From Haloarculaceae archaeon (lineage in GTDB: Archaea > Halobacteriota > Halobacteria > Halobacteriales > Haloarculaceae), in contig JAZKRZ010000001.1 in assembly GCA_036626395.1 (NCBI GenBank), forward strand, positions 1 through 63,701: a DNA stretch of 63,701 nucleotides. Direction: 5' to 3'. Made by a program: the position numbers and the translations under genes. The stretch's first letter is position 1. The number at the start of each line of letters is the position of its first letter. Positions 1-11,120 of this stretch are shown in pieces. The notes under the pieces are model-generated. The model searched no databases, was not told the origin of the DNA, and saw only the letters and a list, made by a program, of their open reading frames with translations.

Positions 1-41
1 GCGTTCGGGGCCGCCGTTTGAAAACGTCGCGGTCGGCGTCA

Positions 42-150
42 TACGGACCGTTGTACTTCGTTACCGCCGTCGCGAAACACGGTGAACGCATCGGGCCGTA
101 ACTCGCCCATCCGTCGGCGGTATCGCCCAAAATGGGTACAACGGTCCGTA
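42..150 (+). mobile_element. MITE-like element, family B, copy B1 (109 bp)
   Basis: 15-bp perfect terminal inverted repeats TACGGACCGTTGTAC / GTACAACGGTCCGTA. Near-identical to copies at 24716, 59113 and the fragment at 53154. Flanked by direct TCA (39-41 and 151-153). Confidence 0.8.
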
Positions 151-183
151 TCAGGCATCGCGCCGTGTCGGTCTGCCATCTAA

Positions 184-291
184 TACTGTCGGACACAAGT
201 ACGTGAACACGCTTGCCAGGAACACGCTATCGAAACGCCCGTTCCCGGTCGAACGAGCCACCGACGGTGGCCTCACTTGTGTCCGACAGTA
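184..291 (+). mobile_element. MITE-like element, family A, copy A1 (108 bp)
   Basis: 17-bp terminal inverted repeats TACTGTCGGACACAAGT / ACTTGTGTCCGACAGTA. Same 108-bp unit occurs at 14053, 37186, 54096 and 57836. Flanked by direct TAA (181-183 and 292-294). Confidence 0.85.
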
Positions 292-448
292 TAAGAGTGC
301 TACTACGAAGAGCGTGAAAGCCCCGAGTCGTTCGAGGGGTGCGACTCGCCCCTTTCACGCTGTCTGCGGTTGATCTAATGGAGTTCGACCTAGCCACCAT
401 TCCGTCGTCTCTCTAACTCACGAGACGAGAAAGCGAGCGAGCGGCCGA

Positions 449-610
449 TTACAGCCCGACCGCGCGCAAGACGAGGATGAGGAAACCGAAGAAGGCGCCG
501 AAGGCGATGATCGTCCGCGGGTCGACCCGTATCGCGTTGTTGTCTTCGGCGTCGAAGTACCGGACGAGACCGGCACTGGACATCAGTCCGCTGCCGTCGT
601 TACTGCTCAT
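449..610 (-). CDS. secG: Preprotein translocase subunit SecG (Sec61 beta), 53 aa; below the ORF-track length cutoff
   Basis: Hand translation gives [53 protein letters not shown]. It has the conserved SSAGLxRYF motif and a single C-terminal TM helix typical of archaeal Sec61beta. Confidence 0.8.
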   Translation of the reverse strand: MSSNDGSGLMSSAGLVRYFDAEDNNAIRVDPRTIIAFGAFFGFLILVLRAVGL

Positions 611-787
611 ATCCCCCAGTGTGCGCGCCGCCTGCCTAAGCCTTTCGCCCTGGGCTCGTCCCGGCCGCGAGACGCCCGTTCCGGACCCGTCGACCCCGCG
701 TTCGCGGCCGGGAGAGTCGTCGCCGATGCGCGGTCCGCGCGCGTAGTGAAAACGCTTATCGGGTCCGATCCACTACGAGCCACACGT

Positions 788-1054
788 ATGACTGTCACAC
801 TCAAGGACTTCTACGCCGACTGGTGTGGGCCGTGCAAGACCCAGGACCCGATCCTCGAGGACCTCTCCGAGGAGTGGACCGACGTGGAGTTCGAGAAGGT
901 CAACGTCGACGAACAGCAGGACGTCGCCAACGAGTACCAGGTGCGCTCGCTCCCGACGCTCGTCGTCGAGAACGAGGACGGCATCGTCGAACGGTTTATC
1001 GGCGTCACGCAGGCCGAGGACATCGAGGCCGCCTTCGAGAAAGCCGGCGCCTGA
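788..1054 (+). CDS. trxA: Thioredoxin
   Basis: WCGPC active-site motif and thioredoxin-length protein. Internal ATG at 788 chosen over the GTG at 746. Confidence 0.9.
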   Translation: MTVTLKDFYADWCGPCKTQDPILEDLSEEWTDVEFEKVNVDEQQDVANEYQVRSLPTLVVENEDGIVERFIGVTQAEDIEAAFEKAGA

Positions 1055-1058
1055 AGGT

Positions 1059-1071
1059 CCCCCTTTTCGCG
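1059..1071 (+). terminator. Possible oligo-T terminator after trxA (CCCCCTTTTCGCG)
   Basis: T4 run 5-10 nt after the stop codon. The same CCCTTTTCGCG string follows dpsA at 21858. Confidence 0.3.
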
Positions 1072-1202
1072 TCTCGCTCTCCCCGCCAGCCGCGGCTCTC
1101 GTCGCTGCGATCTCCCCGCTCGTCTCGGTCCCCGTTGAGGGACACGACATCACGTTTCTGTAAATCATATCGCTTTTCAAATGGCGGGTCGACGGGTCGA
1201 TT

Positions 1203-1613
1203 ATGCCGACGCTCGGGCTCGTCGTCGCGGAGTACTACCCGGAACTGGCAGCGGAGATGCTCGAACTGGCGCGCGAGCGCGTCGCGGCGCGTGACGGGAC
1301 GGTCGCGGAGGTGTGTCGCGTTCCCGGCGTGCTGGACGCGTCGCTCCCGGCGGACCGACTCGCGCGCCGCGATGACGTCGACGCGGTGGTCGTAATCGGT
1401 GCGGTGGTGGCCGGCGGCACCGACCACGACCAGGTGGTCGCCCACACCGCCGCCCGGACGCTCGACGAGGTGAGCCTCCGGCGGGACACCTCGGTCGCGT
1501 TCGGCGTCACCGGGCCGGACATGAGCGCCGCCGAGGCCCGCGAGCGCGTCGACGCGGGCGCCGAGGCCGTCGAAGCCGTCTTCGAGACGCTGGCCGCGCT
1601 CCCGGCGGCGTAA
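1203..1613 (+). CDS. ribH: 6,7-dimethyl-8-ribityllumazine synthase (archaeal type)
   Basis: LGLVVAEY...VPGVLD...GAVVAGGTDHDQVV...FGVTGPDMSAAEARER pattern typical of archaeal RibH; 136 aa. Confidence 0.75.
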   Translation: MPTLGLVVAEYYPELAAEMLELARERVAARDGTVAEVCRVPGVLDASLPADRLARRDDVDAVVVIGAVVAGGTDHDQVVAHTAARTLDEVSLRRDTSVAFGVTGPDMSAAEARERVDAGAEAVEAVFETLAALPAA

Positions 1614-1645
1614 CCGTTTTCGGCACGTCCCGCTTCCCTCGGAGT

Positions 1646-2440
1646 ATGGAGACGGTCCGCTCGGGCGACGGCGTCGCCATCGCCGTCGAGCGGTGGGGCG
1701 CGGGACCCCCTGTCGTCGCCGTGCACGGTTCGGACACGACGCGGCGGTCCTGGCGGGGGGTCGCCGCGCATCTCGACGGCTTCCAGGTGTGCGCGATGGA
1801 CCGGCGGGGCCGCGGGGCAAGTGGCGACGGCGACGGCTACACGATGGCACGCGAGGTGGCCGACGTCCGCGCGGTCGTCGAGGCCGTCGCGGCGGACGAG
1901 GGGTCGGCTGCGAGTCGAACCGGCGGCGTCGCGCTCGTCGGCCACTCCTTCGGGGCGCTCCCGGCCTTCGAGACCGCTCGACGGTCCGACGCTGTCTCAC
2001 GACTCGTCCTCTACGAACCGCCCGCACTGCGCGAGAGACACCGCGCCTGGCATCTGGAACTCGTGGCGGAGGTCGAGCGCCGCGTCAGCGAGGGTGACGT
2101 CCTCGGTGCGGTCCGGCACTTCGAGCGGGAGGCCGCCGGGGCTTGTGAGGCGACGCTGGACGGCGTCGACCCCGCGGACCACCTCGCGCTGGCCGACCAG
2201 ACCCGCCGGGAGATCGCCGCCGTCGGCGGCTATCGCGCCCCCGCCGGATCGGGGATCGCGGTGCCGACGCTCTGTCTCGTCGGCGAGGAGAGTCCCGTAT
2301 ACCTCCACGAGACGACGCGTGCGCTGGCCGACGGCATCCCGGACAGCCGCGTCGAGATGCTCGCGGGCGAGGGGCACCTCGCGACGCTGACCGGCCCGGC
2401 AGTGCTGGCTGAAGCCATCGACGCCTTCCTCCGTGAGTGA
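1646..2440 (+). CDS. Alpha/beta-fold hydrolase
   Basis: VGHSFG nucleophile elbow (GxSxG) and C-terminal GEGH motif; 264 aa; acidic composition. Confidence 0.75.
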   Translation: METVRSGDGVAIAVERWGAGPPVVAVHGSDTTRRSWRGVAAHLDGFQVCAMDRRGRGASGDGDGYTMAREVADVRAVVEAVAADEGSAASRTGGVALVGHSFGALPAFETARRSDAVSRLVLYEPPALRERHRAWHLELVAEVERRVSEGDVLGAVRHFEREAAGACEATLDGVDPADHLALADQTRREIAAVGGYRAPAGSGIAVPTLCLVGEESPVYLHETTRALADGIPDSRVEMLAGEGHLATLTGPAVLAEAIDAFLRE

Positions 2441-2503
2441 CCCCGATCCGGCCGCGCCCGCGAGTGGCCGGATCCACCCGCGACCGCCCGCGCCGGCGTG
2501 CGG

Positions 2504-3181
2504 TCAGCCGAACGAGATCCAGACGTCGTCGAGGTCGTCGTCGTACTCGCCGACGTTGATCAGGAGCGGTGCGAGCGCCTCGACCTCGGCGGCGTTGGCG
2601 AGGCCGCCGGCCCGACGGGCCTGCAATCCCTCCACGGCGTTCGTGAGGTCGACGACCCGCTCGACGGCCGTCTCGTCGTCGCCGACGACGGGCGTCTCCG
2701 CCTCGACGTCGGTGTCGAGGTCGGCCAGCGGCGCCGCGGGCAGGTTGTGGTAGGCGCCGACGACGGGCGTGTCCGCGGGCGCTGCGCGGTCGGCCAGCGC
2801 CGCGACGCTCCCCGCGGCCGGGCGGTTGTAGTGCGCGCCGTCCTCGTCGTGTTTCATCCCGACGGCCGGCGAGACGAGCACGGTGTCGGCGTCCAGCACG
2901 TCCGAGACGCTCTCGATGGTGTCGGTGAGGTGGTAGGGCGGGACAGTACAGACGACGACGTCGCCGCGGTCGGCGGCCTCGCGGTTGCCACAGCCGGTCA
3001 CGTCGCCGGCGGCGCCGCGGGCGGCCAGTTCGCGCTCGTAGTCGGCGGCACGCTCGCGGGCGCGCCCGGCGTCGCGCGAGCCCACGACGACCGTGTGGTC
3101 GGTGTCGCGCGCCCAGCGCAGCGCCAGCGCCGCGCCGATGTCTCCGGTCCCTCCGAGCAGTGAGACGTCCATACCGGTCAC
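2504..3181 (-). CDS. npdG: NADPH-dependent F420 reductase (NpdG-like)
   Basis: N-terminal LLGGTGDIGAALALRWA Rossmann motif and overall NpdG-like layout. The start may be the ATG at 3172. Confidence 0.7.
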   Translation of the reverse strand: MTGMDVSLLGGTGDIGAALALRWARDTDHTVVVGSRDAGRARERAADYERELAARGAAGDVTGCGNREAADRGDVVVCTVPPYHLTDTIESVSDVLDADTVLVSPAVGMKHDEDGAHYNRPAAGSVAALADRAAPADTPVVGAYHNLPAAPLADLDTDVEAETPVVGDDETAVERVVDLTNAVEGLQARRAGGLANAAEVEALAPLLINVGEYDDDLDDVWISFG

Positions 3182-3235
3182 ACGGCAGACCGCGAAAAAA
3201 CGCTGGTGGCTCCGCGGGACCCCGCGCTCGCGGGG

Positions 3236-4111
3236 TCATTCCCCGTCGAGCAACCCGGGGAGGTCGTTCACCGAGTCGAGGACAGCGGCGGCGCCGGCCC
3301 GCTCGAACTTCCGGCGGCCGGACTCGCCCTCCAGCCCGCCGGTGAGGACGCCGACGCCGTGATAGTCGCGGTTGGGGTCCGCCGCGGTCGCGTTCGCCGC
3401 GGTCTCGACGTCGTCGAGCGTGTCGCCGACGAAGACGACCGTATCGGCGTCGAAGCGCCCGGCCAGGCGCACGAGCGCGTCGGGGGCGGGTTTGCCCGCC
3501 TCCCAGTCGTCCATGGTAAAGCGGTGGTCGGCGGGCAGGTCCAGACCCACGCGGTCCAGCGCGATGTCGGCCTCGGCGGCGGGGCGACCGGTGAGCACGC
3601 CCACGTCGTATCGCTCCCGGAGCGTCTCGAGCGTCCCGGCGTCGACGATGACGGGCTCGTCGTGGATGTACCCGCCCGCGACGTCGGCGTCGGGCTCACC
3701 CCCTTCCAACTCGCGGTACAGGTCGGCGCCGAGGTAGAGCTGCTGGAAGACGTCACGCAGTCGCTCGGGGTCCCAGGCGCTCATGACGCGTTCGCGTTCG
3801 GCGGGTCCGAGACTGTCCAGTACGACGGTCTCGGCACCCGAGAGGCCGCCGCCGGTCGCGGCGACGTCGTCGGTGAACGCCTCGACCGAGCGGTCGAGTC
3901 CCTCGCCGCGAGCGAGGACGAAAAGCGCCGCCGCGTGGGTCAGTTCCCAGTCGTTGTTGAACCCGCTGGCGTCCTTGAACTGCTGGACGTCTCCTCTCTC
4001 GATGGTGTCTTCGTAACAGTGGGCGACCGATTCGACGATGGCCCGGCGGTAGGAGTCGGCGACGTCGACGAGCACGCCGTCGATGTCCAACACGACCGCG
4101 TCCGCGTTCAT
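3236..4111 (-). CDS. HAD-superfamily hydrolase (subfamily IA-like)
   Basis: DIDGVLVDV motif I and VGDTLDD motif IV. Confidence 0.75.
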   Translation of the reverse strand: MNADAVVLDIDGVLVDVADSYRRAIVESVAHCYEDTIERGDVQQFKDASGFNNDWELTHAAALFVLARGEGLDRSVEAFTDDVAATGGGLSGAETVVLDSLGPAERERVMSAWDPERLRDVFQQLYLGADLYRELEGGEPDADVAGGYIHDEPVIVDAGTLETLRERYDVGVLTGRPAAEADIALDRVGLDLPADHRFTMDDWEAGKPAPDALVRLAGRFDADTVVFVGDTLDDVETAANATAADPNRDYHGVGVLTGGLEGESGRRKFERAGAAAVLDSVNDLPGLLDGE

Positions 4112-4249
4112 TACTGGCCTCGAGGTAGCCGACCGAAAAACACCTTCCGAATCGGCTCGCGGCGGTCGCCGGTGTCGACGGGACCAGCGGCGCCGGCCGT
4201 GTCCGGGCCGCGTCGCCGGTCGGGATTTTTATGCTCCCGGGTCCGCTAA

Positions 4250-4780
4250 GTGACGTATATGCACGCCGACATCGTGCCGGTGGGCGACGTCCCCGCGCGG
4301 GTCAAGCGCGAGGCGTCCGCGAGCCTGCGTGCCGTCTACGACGCTGACGTCACGATGCACGACACACAGTCGATCCCCTCCGGCGCGTACGACCGCGGTC
4401 GCGACCAGTACAGCGCAGAGTCGTTCATCAAACTCGCCACGCGCGTCGGGTCGGGCGACAAGAACATCGCCGTCACCAGCGAGGACCTGTTCTATCACCG
4501 CCGCAACTACGTCTTCGGCCTCGCGTACCTCGACGGCAAGGGGTCGGTCATCTCCACTCACCGGCTGAACACCTCCTCGGACGGCGGCGTCACCCGCCGC
4601 CCCGACGAGGACGTCTTCGCCGACCGCGTCCGCAAGGAAGTCATCCACGAGATCGGCCACACGCTCGGCCTCGAACACTGTGACAACAAACGTTGCGTGA
4701 TGAGCTTCTCCCCCACCGTCCGCGAGGTCGACATCAAAGACGAGGCCCTCTGTGGCTCCTGCCAGCGCGACGTCCTGTGA
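4250..4780 (+). CDS. amzA: Archaemetzincin (zinc metalloprotease)
   Basis: HEIGHTLGLEHC zinc motif followed by the C-x2-C...C-x2-C cysteines characteristic of archaemetzincins. Confidence 0.85.
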   Translation: MTYMHADIVPVGDVPARVKREASASLRAVYDADVTMHDTQSIPSGAYDRGRDQYSAESFIKLATRVGSGDKNIAVTSEDLFYHRRNYVFGLAYLDGKGSVISTHRLNTSSDGGVTRRPDEDVFADRVRKEVIHEIGHTLGLEHCDNKRCVMSFSPTVREVDIKDEALCGSCQRDVL

Positions 4781-5093
4781 ACTACCCCGCCCTCCTCGCC
4801 CGCCGACACTCGCGTCCCGAGAACGGGTGTCCCGTGCCGGATTCACATCTCCGTCAGTCTCGAGCCCGCAGGCGGAACAGAGTGTTCGCGTACTCACAGC
4901 GGTCTGTCGGCTCCGGCGCCGCGGGATGCACACTCCTGTGCTCCGGATCCGACCGCCACGACGTGTCCCGTCACGCTCGCAGTCGCATTCGAGCAGCCGC
5001 CTGAACACGTACCGTGCTGGCGCCCCCGTGTTCGGGCTGTGTTTCGGGGATCCGACCCTCCGCTCTACGGGCGTCTGCGCCGTCGCCGTCAGT

Positions 5094-5516
5094 TCAGGTG
5101 GCGACCAGGACCGGTCTCCCCGCGTTCTGGACGACACGGTCGGTCACACTGCCGATCTGGTCCGTATCGGTGTGGGAGTGTCCGTGGTAGCCGAGCACGA
5201 TCAGGTCGGCGTCGATCTCGTCGGCATAGTTAACGATCTCCAGATACGGCTTCCCGTGACAACACAGAGTCGTAACCGCAACACCGAGTCCTTCGCCCCG
5301 GTCGGCGATCTTCGAGAGTTCCTGGTTGCCCCAGTCTTCGATCTCGTTGGTTTCCAGTTCCGTGCTACTCAGCGCTGGTTCGGCGTATCGGTCGGTGTCG
5401 ACCACGAACACTGCATGGAGTTCACCGTCGTGCTGTTCGGCCTGTTCGAGGGCGTGTGTCACCGCGCGGTTCGCGTCGGCGCTTCCATCGGTCGCGACCA
5501 GAATCGTCTCGTACAT
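5094..5516 (-). CDS. Universal stress protein (UspA family)
   Basis: MYETILVATDGS start and the GSVTDRVVQNAGRPVLV C-terminal ATP-binding motif. Confidence 0.85.
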   Translation of the reverse strand: MYETILVATDGSADANRAVTHALEQAEQHDGELHAVFVVDTDRYAEPALSSTELETNEIEDWGNQELSKIADRGEGLGVAVTTLCCHGKPYLEIVNYADEIDADLIVLGYHGHSHTDTDQIGSVTDRVVQNAGRPVLVAT

Positions 5517-5812
5517 ACTGTCCGAGACGTGGCGAGTCGCTTTGTAGTCGCTGGCAATTCCCAGGTACTGATAGAGTCGTCGTTCGTCCCGGAGCTCCCC
5601 TCATCCGCGTATTCGGGGAAAAGCCGCAGTCACAGACTCGATACCTCTGGTCGTCCCGCGTCCCGTTGTCGATCTCCTTGCTGTCACGATAGCATCGCGC
5701 CACGCTCCCGAGAACACAGACTGTCCCCTCGAACCCTCGAATAGACACCGACCGACCCCCAACGCAGTTAGGTATCACGGCTATACCTGCGGGGGGCTTA
5801 CCCGGAAGTACG

Positions 5813-6016
5813 ATGAGCCAGCACGAACGGCCGGACCGGACGAGCGAACTGGGAGAGCTGTTCGTCACCGTCACCGGTGACGACACCGTCACGGAAGACC
5901 AGGTCGAGGGGGCGTCGAAGGAACCGGCCGACGAGGAGGCCGACGAGGACATCGAATCGGCCGTCGACGACGGCCTCGAAGGCGCCGTCGGTGCGGACCT
6001 GGACGCCAAGGCCTGA
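5813..6016 (+). CDS. Small acidic hypothetical protein (67 aa)
   Basis: Haloarchaeal-type acidic composition and an isolated ORF in a 300-bp divergent gap. No recognisable domain. Confidence 0.5.
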   Translation: MSQHERPDRTSELGELFVTVTGDDTVTEDQVEGASKEPADEEADEDIESAVDDGLEGAVGADLDAKA

Positions 6017-6065
6017 ACTCCCGCGACGGCAGCCCTCGCTCTCTCCGCTCGCGCCCGGTGTATCG

Positions 6066-6860
6066 CTACACCGACAGTTCGACACTCTCGACGGGCGCGT
6101 CGGCCAGCCGGTCGCGGAGTCGCGGGACTCGCTCGTGGAGCGCCCCGGGCGAGTGGGCGTCAGACCCCAGCGTCACGCGGACGTCGTACTCGGCGAGGAC
6201 GGCGAGAAACGCCGGGTTCGGGTGGAACTCGCCGTACTCGCGGTCGACGCGACCGGCGTTGATCTCCGGGACGGTCGCGGAGTCGGCCAGCGCCTCGGCG
6301 ACTGCGCGGTAGTGGTCCTCGGTGGCGTAGCCACGCAGTGCGGGGTTGCGCTCGACGATGTCCGGGTGAGCGACGATATCGAACAGCCCGGATTCGACCA
6401 GCGCGACGAGGTGCTCGAAGTACTCCTCGACTGCACCGCGTCGCTCGCGTTCGTCGAGGTCGGCGAAGTAGTCCCAGTGGACGTTCGCCTCCCGTATCTC
6501 GTGGACGCTGCCGACGGCGTACTCGAAGTCGGCCTCGGCGAGGAACGCACTGATCTCGTCCTCGTCGGCGGGATGGTAGTCCATCTCGACGGCGTCGAAC
6601 ACGCGCAGGTCGTGGTCGGCCGCGTACTCGCGGATGCCCGCGCGACGGCGCTCGTAGGTCACGTCGAGGTTGAACCCGAAGCGGTTGCGGTACCGGCGCG
6701 GGTGTTCGCGCTCGGAGACGTTGCAGTGGTCGGCAAAGCCCACGCCGTCCAGCCCGGCGTCGGCGGCCGCCCGGACCATCCGTCCCATGAACTCCCCGTC
6801 GGAGTAGTTCGAGTGGACGTGATAATCGTACACGCCCTCCCGTCGGTGTGCCGGCGGCAT
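6066..6860 (-). CDS. PHP-domain phosphoesterase (histidinol-phosphatase HisJ-like)
   Basis: YDYHVHSNYSDG PHP motif near the N-terminus. Only the C-terminal 264 aa of the 659-aa track ORF look protein-like; ATG at 6858-6860. Confidence 0.8.
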   Translation of the reverse strand: MPPAHRREGVYDYHVHSNYSDGEFMGRMVRAAADAGLDGVGFADHCNVSEREHPRRYRNRFGFNLDVTYERRRAGIREYAADHDLRVFDAVEMDYHPADEDEISAFLAEADFEYAVGSVHEIREANVHWDYFADLDERERRGAVEEYFEHLVALVESGLFDIVAHPDIVERNPALRGYATEDHYRAVAEALADSATVPEINAGRVDREYGEFHPNPAFLAVLAEYDVRVTLGSDAHSPGALHERVPRLRDRLADAPVESVELSV

Positions 6861-6989
6861 GTGTGTTTCGCGCCCGGGTGAGCGGTTCACAGGCGGCCGC
6901 GGTCGGGGAGTCACGTCGCCGAACGGTCGGAACCGGCAACGAGCGGGGGGAAGCCAATACCGATTGTGCCCGATTCCTAACGGGGTCGT

Positions 6990-8357
<1,368 letters not shown>

Positions 8358-8360
8358 CGG

Positions 8361-8627
8361 TCAGTCCTCGATCGCGTCACCGGCGGCGATGAAGAACCCG
8401 ACGACGGCGGTGATGAAGGCGACGGTGCCGATGGCGACGAAGCCGACCTGGACGAGGTCGCCGCTGAGTCGGTTTGCCGTCAACAGGATAAACACCGCAG
8501 TGACGAAGCCGATGAGCGCGAGCGTCCGGCCCAGTCGTCCCACGTCGATGCCCGCGTCGGACTGGGTCTCGGCCTCCGTCTCGACAGCTGTCCCCGTCGG
8601 GACGCCGGATTCGGTTTCATCCGGCAC
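8361..8627 (-). CDS. Small membrane protein (2 TM), hypothetical
   Basis: Acidic N-terminus followed by two hydrophobic helices. Overlaps the upstream small gene by 11 nt. Confidence 0.55.
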   Translation of the reverse strand: MPDETESGVPTGTAVETEAETQSDAGIDVGRLGRTLALIGFVTAVFILLTANRLSGDLVQVGFVAIGTVAFITAVVGFFIAAGDAIED

Positions 8628-8883
8628 GTCTGAGGACCTCCATCAGGACGCCCTCGTAGTCGCTGTCCATGCCCGCGTTCCCCAGCGAGTGTATCGACTG
8701 ACAGATCCACATCCCGGCGGTGAAGTTGATGAACGCCACCATCGAGATGGTCCCGACCTCTCCCTCGACGAACAGGCCGGAGACGACGGCACCCGCGAAC
8801 CCCACTGCCATGATGGCGTGTGTGAGAAGTGACCGGGTCCCGAAGTCGACGAGCGATCCTGCCACGCGCGACGCAGTTGACAT
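8617..8883 (-). CDS. Small membrane protein, hypothetical
   Basis: Hydrophobic helices. Internal ATG at 8881-8883 chosen, with a TATATA box about 30 nt upstream on the minus strand. Confidence 0.5.
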   Translation of the reverse strand: MSTASRVAGSLVDFGTRSLLTHAIMAVGFAGAVVSGLFVEGEVGTISMVAFINFTAGMWICQSIHSLGNAGMDSDYEGVLMEVLRRAG

Positions 8884-9124
8884 ACCGGTCGTAGGGCCAG
8901 ACGCCGTATATATGCACCGAGCGTCGCCGCTGTCGAGACTGCGGCGTTGTTGCGGGGTCCCGACTCCCGGAGTGTCGTAGCGGACGACGTCCGGGGCCAC
9001 CACAGGCAGGTAGCGCCGGGCGAACGGTGTTCGCGTTCTCTCCGTCGACGTCGACTCGCTCCTGTCCCACCGCGACGCACCCGCCCGACTGTACGCTTAT
9101 GGGTGTCGGCTGCCAACTCGCTGC

Positions 9125-10114
9125 ATGGTCGACCGACAGCGCGACTACACCGTCGACGAAAGACTGAGCGACGCCGACGAGAACGTCCACAGCGCCTGGG
9201 ACAACTCCCTGGACCCGGCGCTGACGGTCGAACCCGGGTCGGTGGTGCGCTTCGAGTGCCGGGACGCCGTCGACCGGCAGATCGACGTCGAGTCGACGCC
9301 CGAGGACGTCCTCGACGTGAGTTTCGACCCGGTGCACCCGCTCACCGGGCCCGTCGCCGTCGAGGGTGCCGAACCCGGGGACGTCCTGGAAGTGGAACTG
9401 CTGGACCTGCAGCACAAGGGCTGGGGGTACAACCTGTTCATGCCCGGCGAGATGGGGTTGGGGTTGCTCCCCGAGGAGTTCCCGGACCCCGGGCTGTACG
9501 TCTGGGACCTCGAGGGCGACGTTGGACACTTCGTCGACGGTATCGAGGTACCGCTGGACCCGTTCCCCGGCGTCGCCGGCGTCGCGCCGGCCGCCGATGG
9601 CGAACACGACACGCTGCCGCCCCGGAGCGTCGGCGGGAACATGGACGTCAAGCACCTCACCGCGGGGTCGACGCTCTATCTCCCGGTCGAAGTCGAGGGC
9701 GCGCTGTTCTCGACTGGCGACTGTCACGCCGCCCAGGGCGACGGCGAGGTCTGTGTCACGGGTATCGAGGCGCCGATGTTCGTGACCGCACGCTTCGACG
9801 TCCGCTCGGACATGAACGTCGAACAGCCCCAGTTCGAGACGACGGGGCCGTTCACGCCGACGGGCGCCGACGAACCGATGTACGGCACTACTGGCATCGA
9901 CCCGGACCTGATGGAGGCGACCAAGAAAGCGGTCTCGCACATGATCACGCACCTCCACGAGGAACGCGGCCTCTCGCGGGCCCACGCGTACATCCTCAGT
10001 TCGGCGGCCGTCGACCTGAAGGTCAACGAGGTGGTCGACGCGCCCAACTGGACGGTGTCGGCGTACCTCCCCGAGAGCGTCTTCCCCACGAGCGTCGGTT
10101 ACCAGCCAGAGTGA
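9125..10114 (+). CDS. Acetamidase/formamidase family amidohydrolase
   Basis: Length and motifs (GPVAVEGAEPGDVLEV, GGNMDVKHL, STGDCHAAQGDGEVC) typical of the FmdA/AmdA family. Confidence 0.8.
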   Translation: MVDRQRDYTVDERLSDADENVHSAWDNSLDPALTVEPGSVVRFECRDAVDRQIDVESTPEDVLDVSFDPVHPLTGPVAVEGAEPGDVLEVELLDLQHKGWGYNLFMPGEMGLGLLPEEFPDPGLYVWDLEGDVGHFVDGIEVPLDPFPGVAGVAPAADGEHDTLPPRSVGGNMDVKHLTAGSTLYLPVEVEGALFSTGDCHAAQGDGEVCVTGIEAPMFVTARFDVRSDMNVEQPQFETTGPFTPTGADEPMYGTTGIDPDLMEATKKAVSHMITHLHEERGLSRAHAYILSSAAVDLKVNEVVDAPNWTVSAYLPESVFPTSVGYQPE

Positions 10115-10231
10115 ACCGCCGGACAGGACGCCACGCAGTGCCGGCGGCATCGCTGTCACGGCAGTCGTCGGCTCGTTTTCCGCGGTCTGTCACTGGTCTC
10201 GTCGGTCGCTCCGGTGGTGAGCCGCCCCCGA

Positions 10232-11008
10232 TCAGATGTGGCTGCCGCCGTCGACCCACAGCGTCTCGCCGGTGACGTAGTCGGCGCCGTCGCTCGCCAG
10301 ATAGCGGTAGGCGTCCGTGAGGTCCTCGGGGCGACCGGCCCGCGTCGGCGGTTCGCGGCCCTCGCCGACGGCGTCCTCGGCCCGCCGGGACCACCCTTCC
10401 GTGATCTCGGTGGCGATGGGGCCGGGCGCGACGGCGTTGACCCGGACCCCGTGTTCGGCGAGTTCCAGCGCCGCGCTCTGTGTGAGCATCTTGACCGCGC
10501 CCTTCGTCGTCGCGTAGTGGGAGTGCTCCCAGGCGGCGTGGGCCGACGTCGTCGAGGCGGTGTTGACGATGGCGCCCGGGACGCCGCGTTCTATCATGTC
10601 CCGCGCGGCGAGCTGGGTCCCGAAGAAGGCGCCCCGGGCGTTTATCGCGTGGAGGCGGTCGTACTCCTCGGGGTCGACGTCGAGGAACTCGCGGCTGACG
10701 TGGACGCCGGCGTTGTTGACCATCACGTCCACGCCGCCGAACTCGCGGGTGCCCTTGACGACCGAGTCGAGGTCACCGACGTCCGCGACGTCGGTCTCGA
10801 CGAACACCCCCCGACCCGGGGTCTCCTCGGCGATGTACTCGTCCGTCGGGACCGCGGCGTCGACGTCCTTCGGGTCGGCGCGCACGTCGGCGTTGACGAC
10901 GGTGGCGCCGGCCTCGCCGAAGCCGACGGCGACCGCGCGGCCGATGCCCGAACTCGCGCCCGTCACGACGACCGTCTCGTCGGCAAAGTCCGCTGTGATC
11001 GTTCCCAT
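10232..11008 (-). CDS. Short-chain dehydrogenase/reductase (SDR)
   Basis: TGASSGIG cofactor motif, NNAG, and the Y-x3-K catalytic motif (YATTK). Confidence 0.85.
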   Translation of the reverse strand: MGTITADFADETVVVTGASSGIGRAVAVGFGEAGATVVNADVRADPKDVDAAVPTDEYIAEETPGRGVFVETDVADVGDLDSVVKGTREFGGVDVMVNNAGVHVSREFLDVDPEEYDRLHAINARGAFFGTQLAARDMIERGVPGAIVNTASTTSAHAAWEHSHYATTKGAVKMLTQSAALELAEHGVRVNAVAPGPIATEITEGWSRRAEDAVGEGREPPTRAGRPEDLTDAYRYLASDGADYVTGETLWVDGGSHI

Positions 11009-11120
11009 GACCGGTGGTCGGGAGCCCCGCGCAACGGTCTTTCGATTGCGGTCCGGTTCGCTCCGTGGGAGGGGCGTCCGGCGGAACGTATTTCACCGGC
11101 GCGCGTGTCGTCGGGGTATC

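Noticed and set aside
1005-3239. Long Arg/Pro/Gly-rich ORFs such as 1005..2027(-) and 2085..3239(-). There are many similar ones throughout the track, for example 18430..19488, 20694..21197, 34515..35030 and 54346..55191.
   Set aside because: Their composition is the opposite of the acidic haloarchaeal proteome. They lie antisense or out of frame to clearly recognisable genes. They are the expected stop-poor shadow frames of GC-rich DNA.
4781-5093. 314-bp convergent gap between amzA and usp. A Cys-containing minus-strand frame (…LLECDCERDG…LCSACGLETDG…) might be a small zinc-finger gene.
   Set aside because: That frame has no stop until 4229, so it would overlap amzA antisense for more than 500 nt. 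It has a basic composition and no plausible start.
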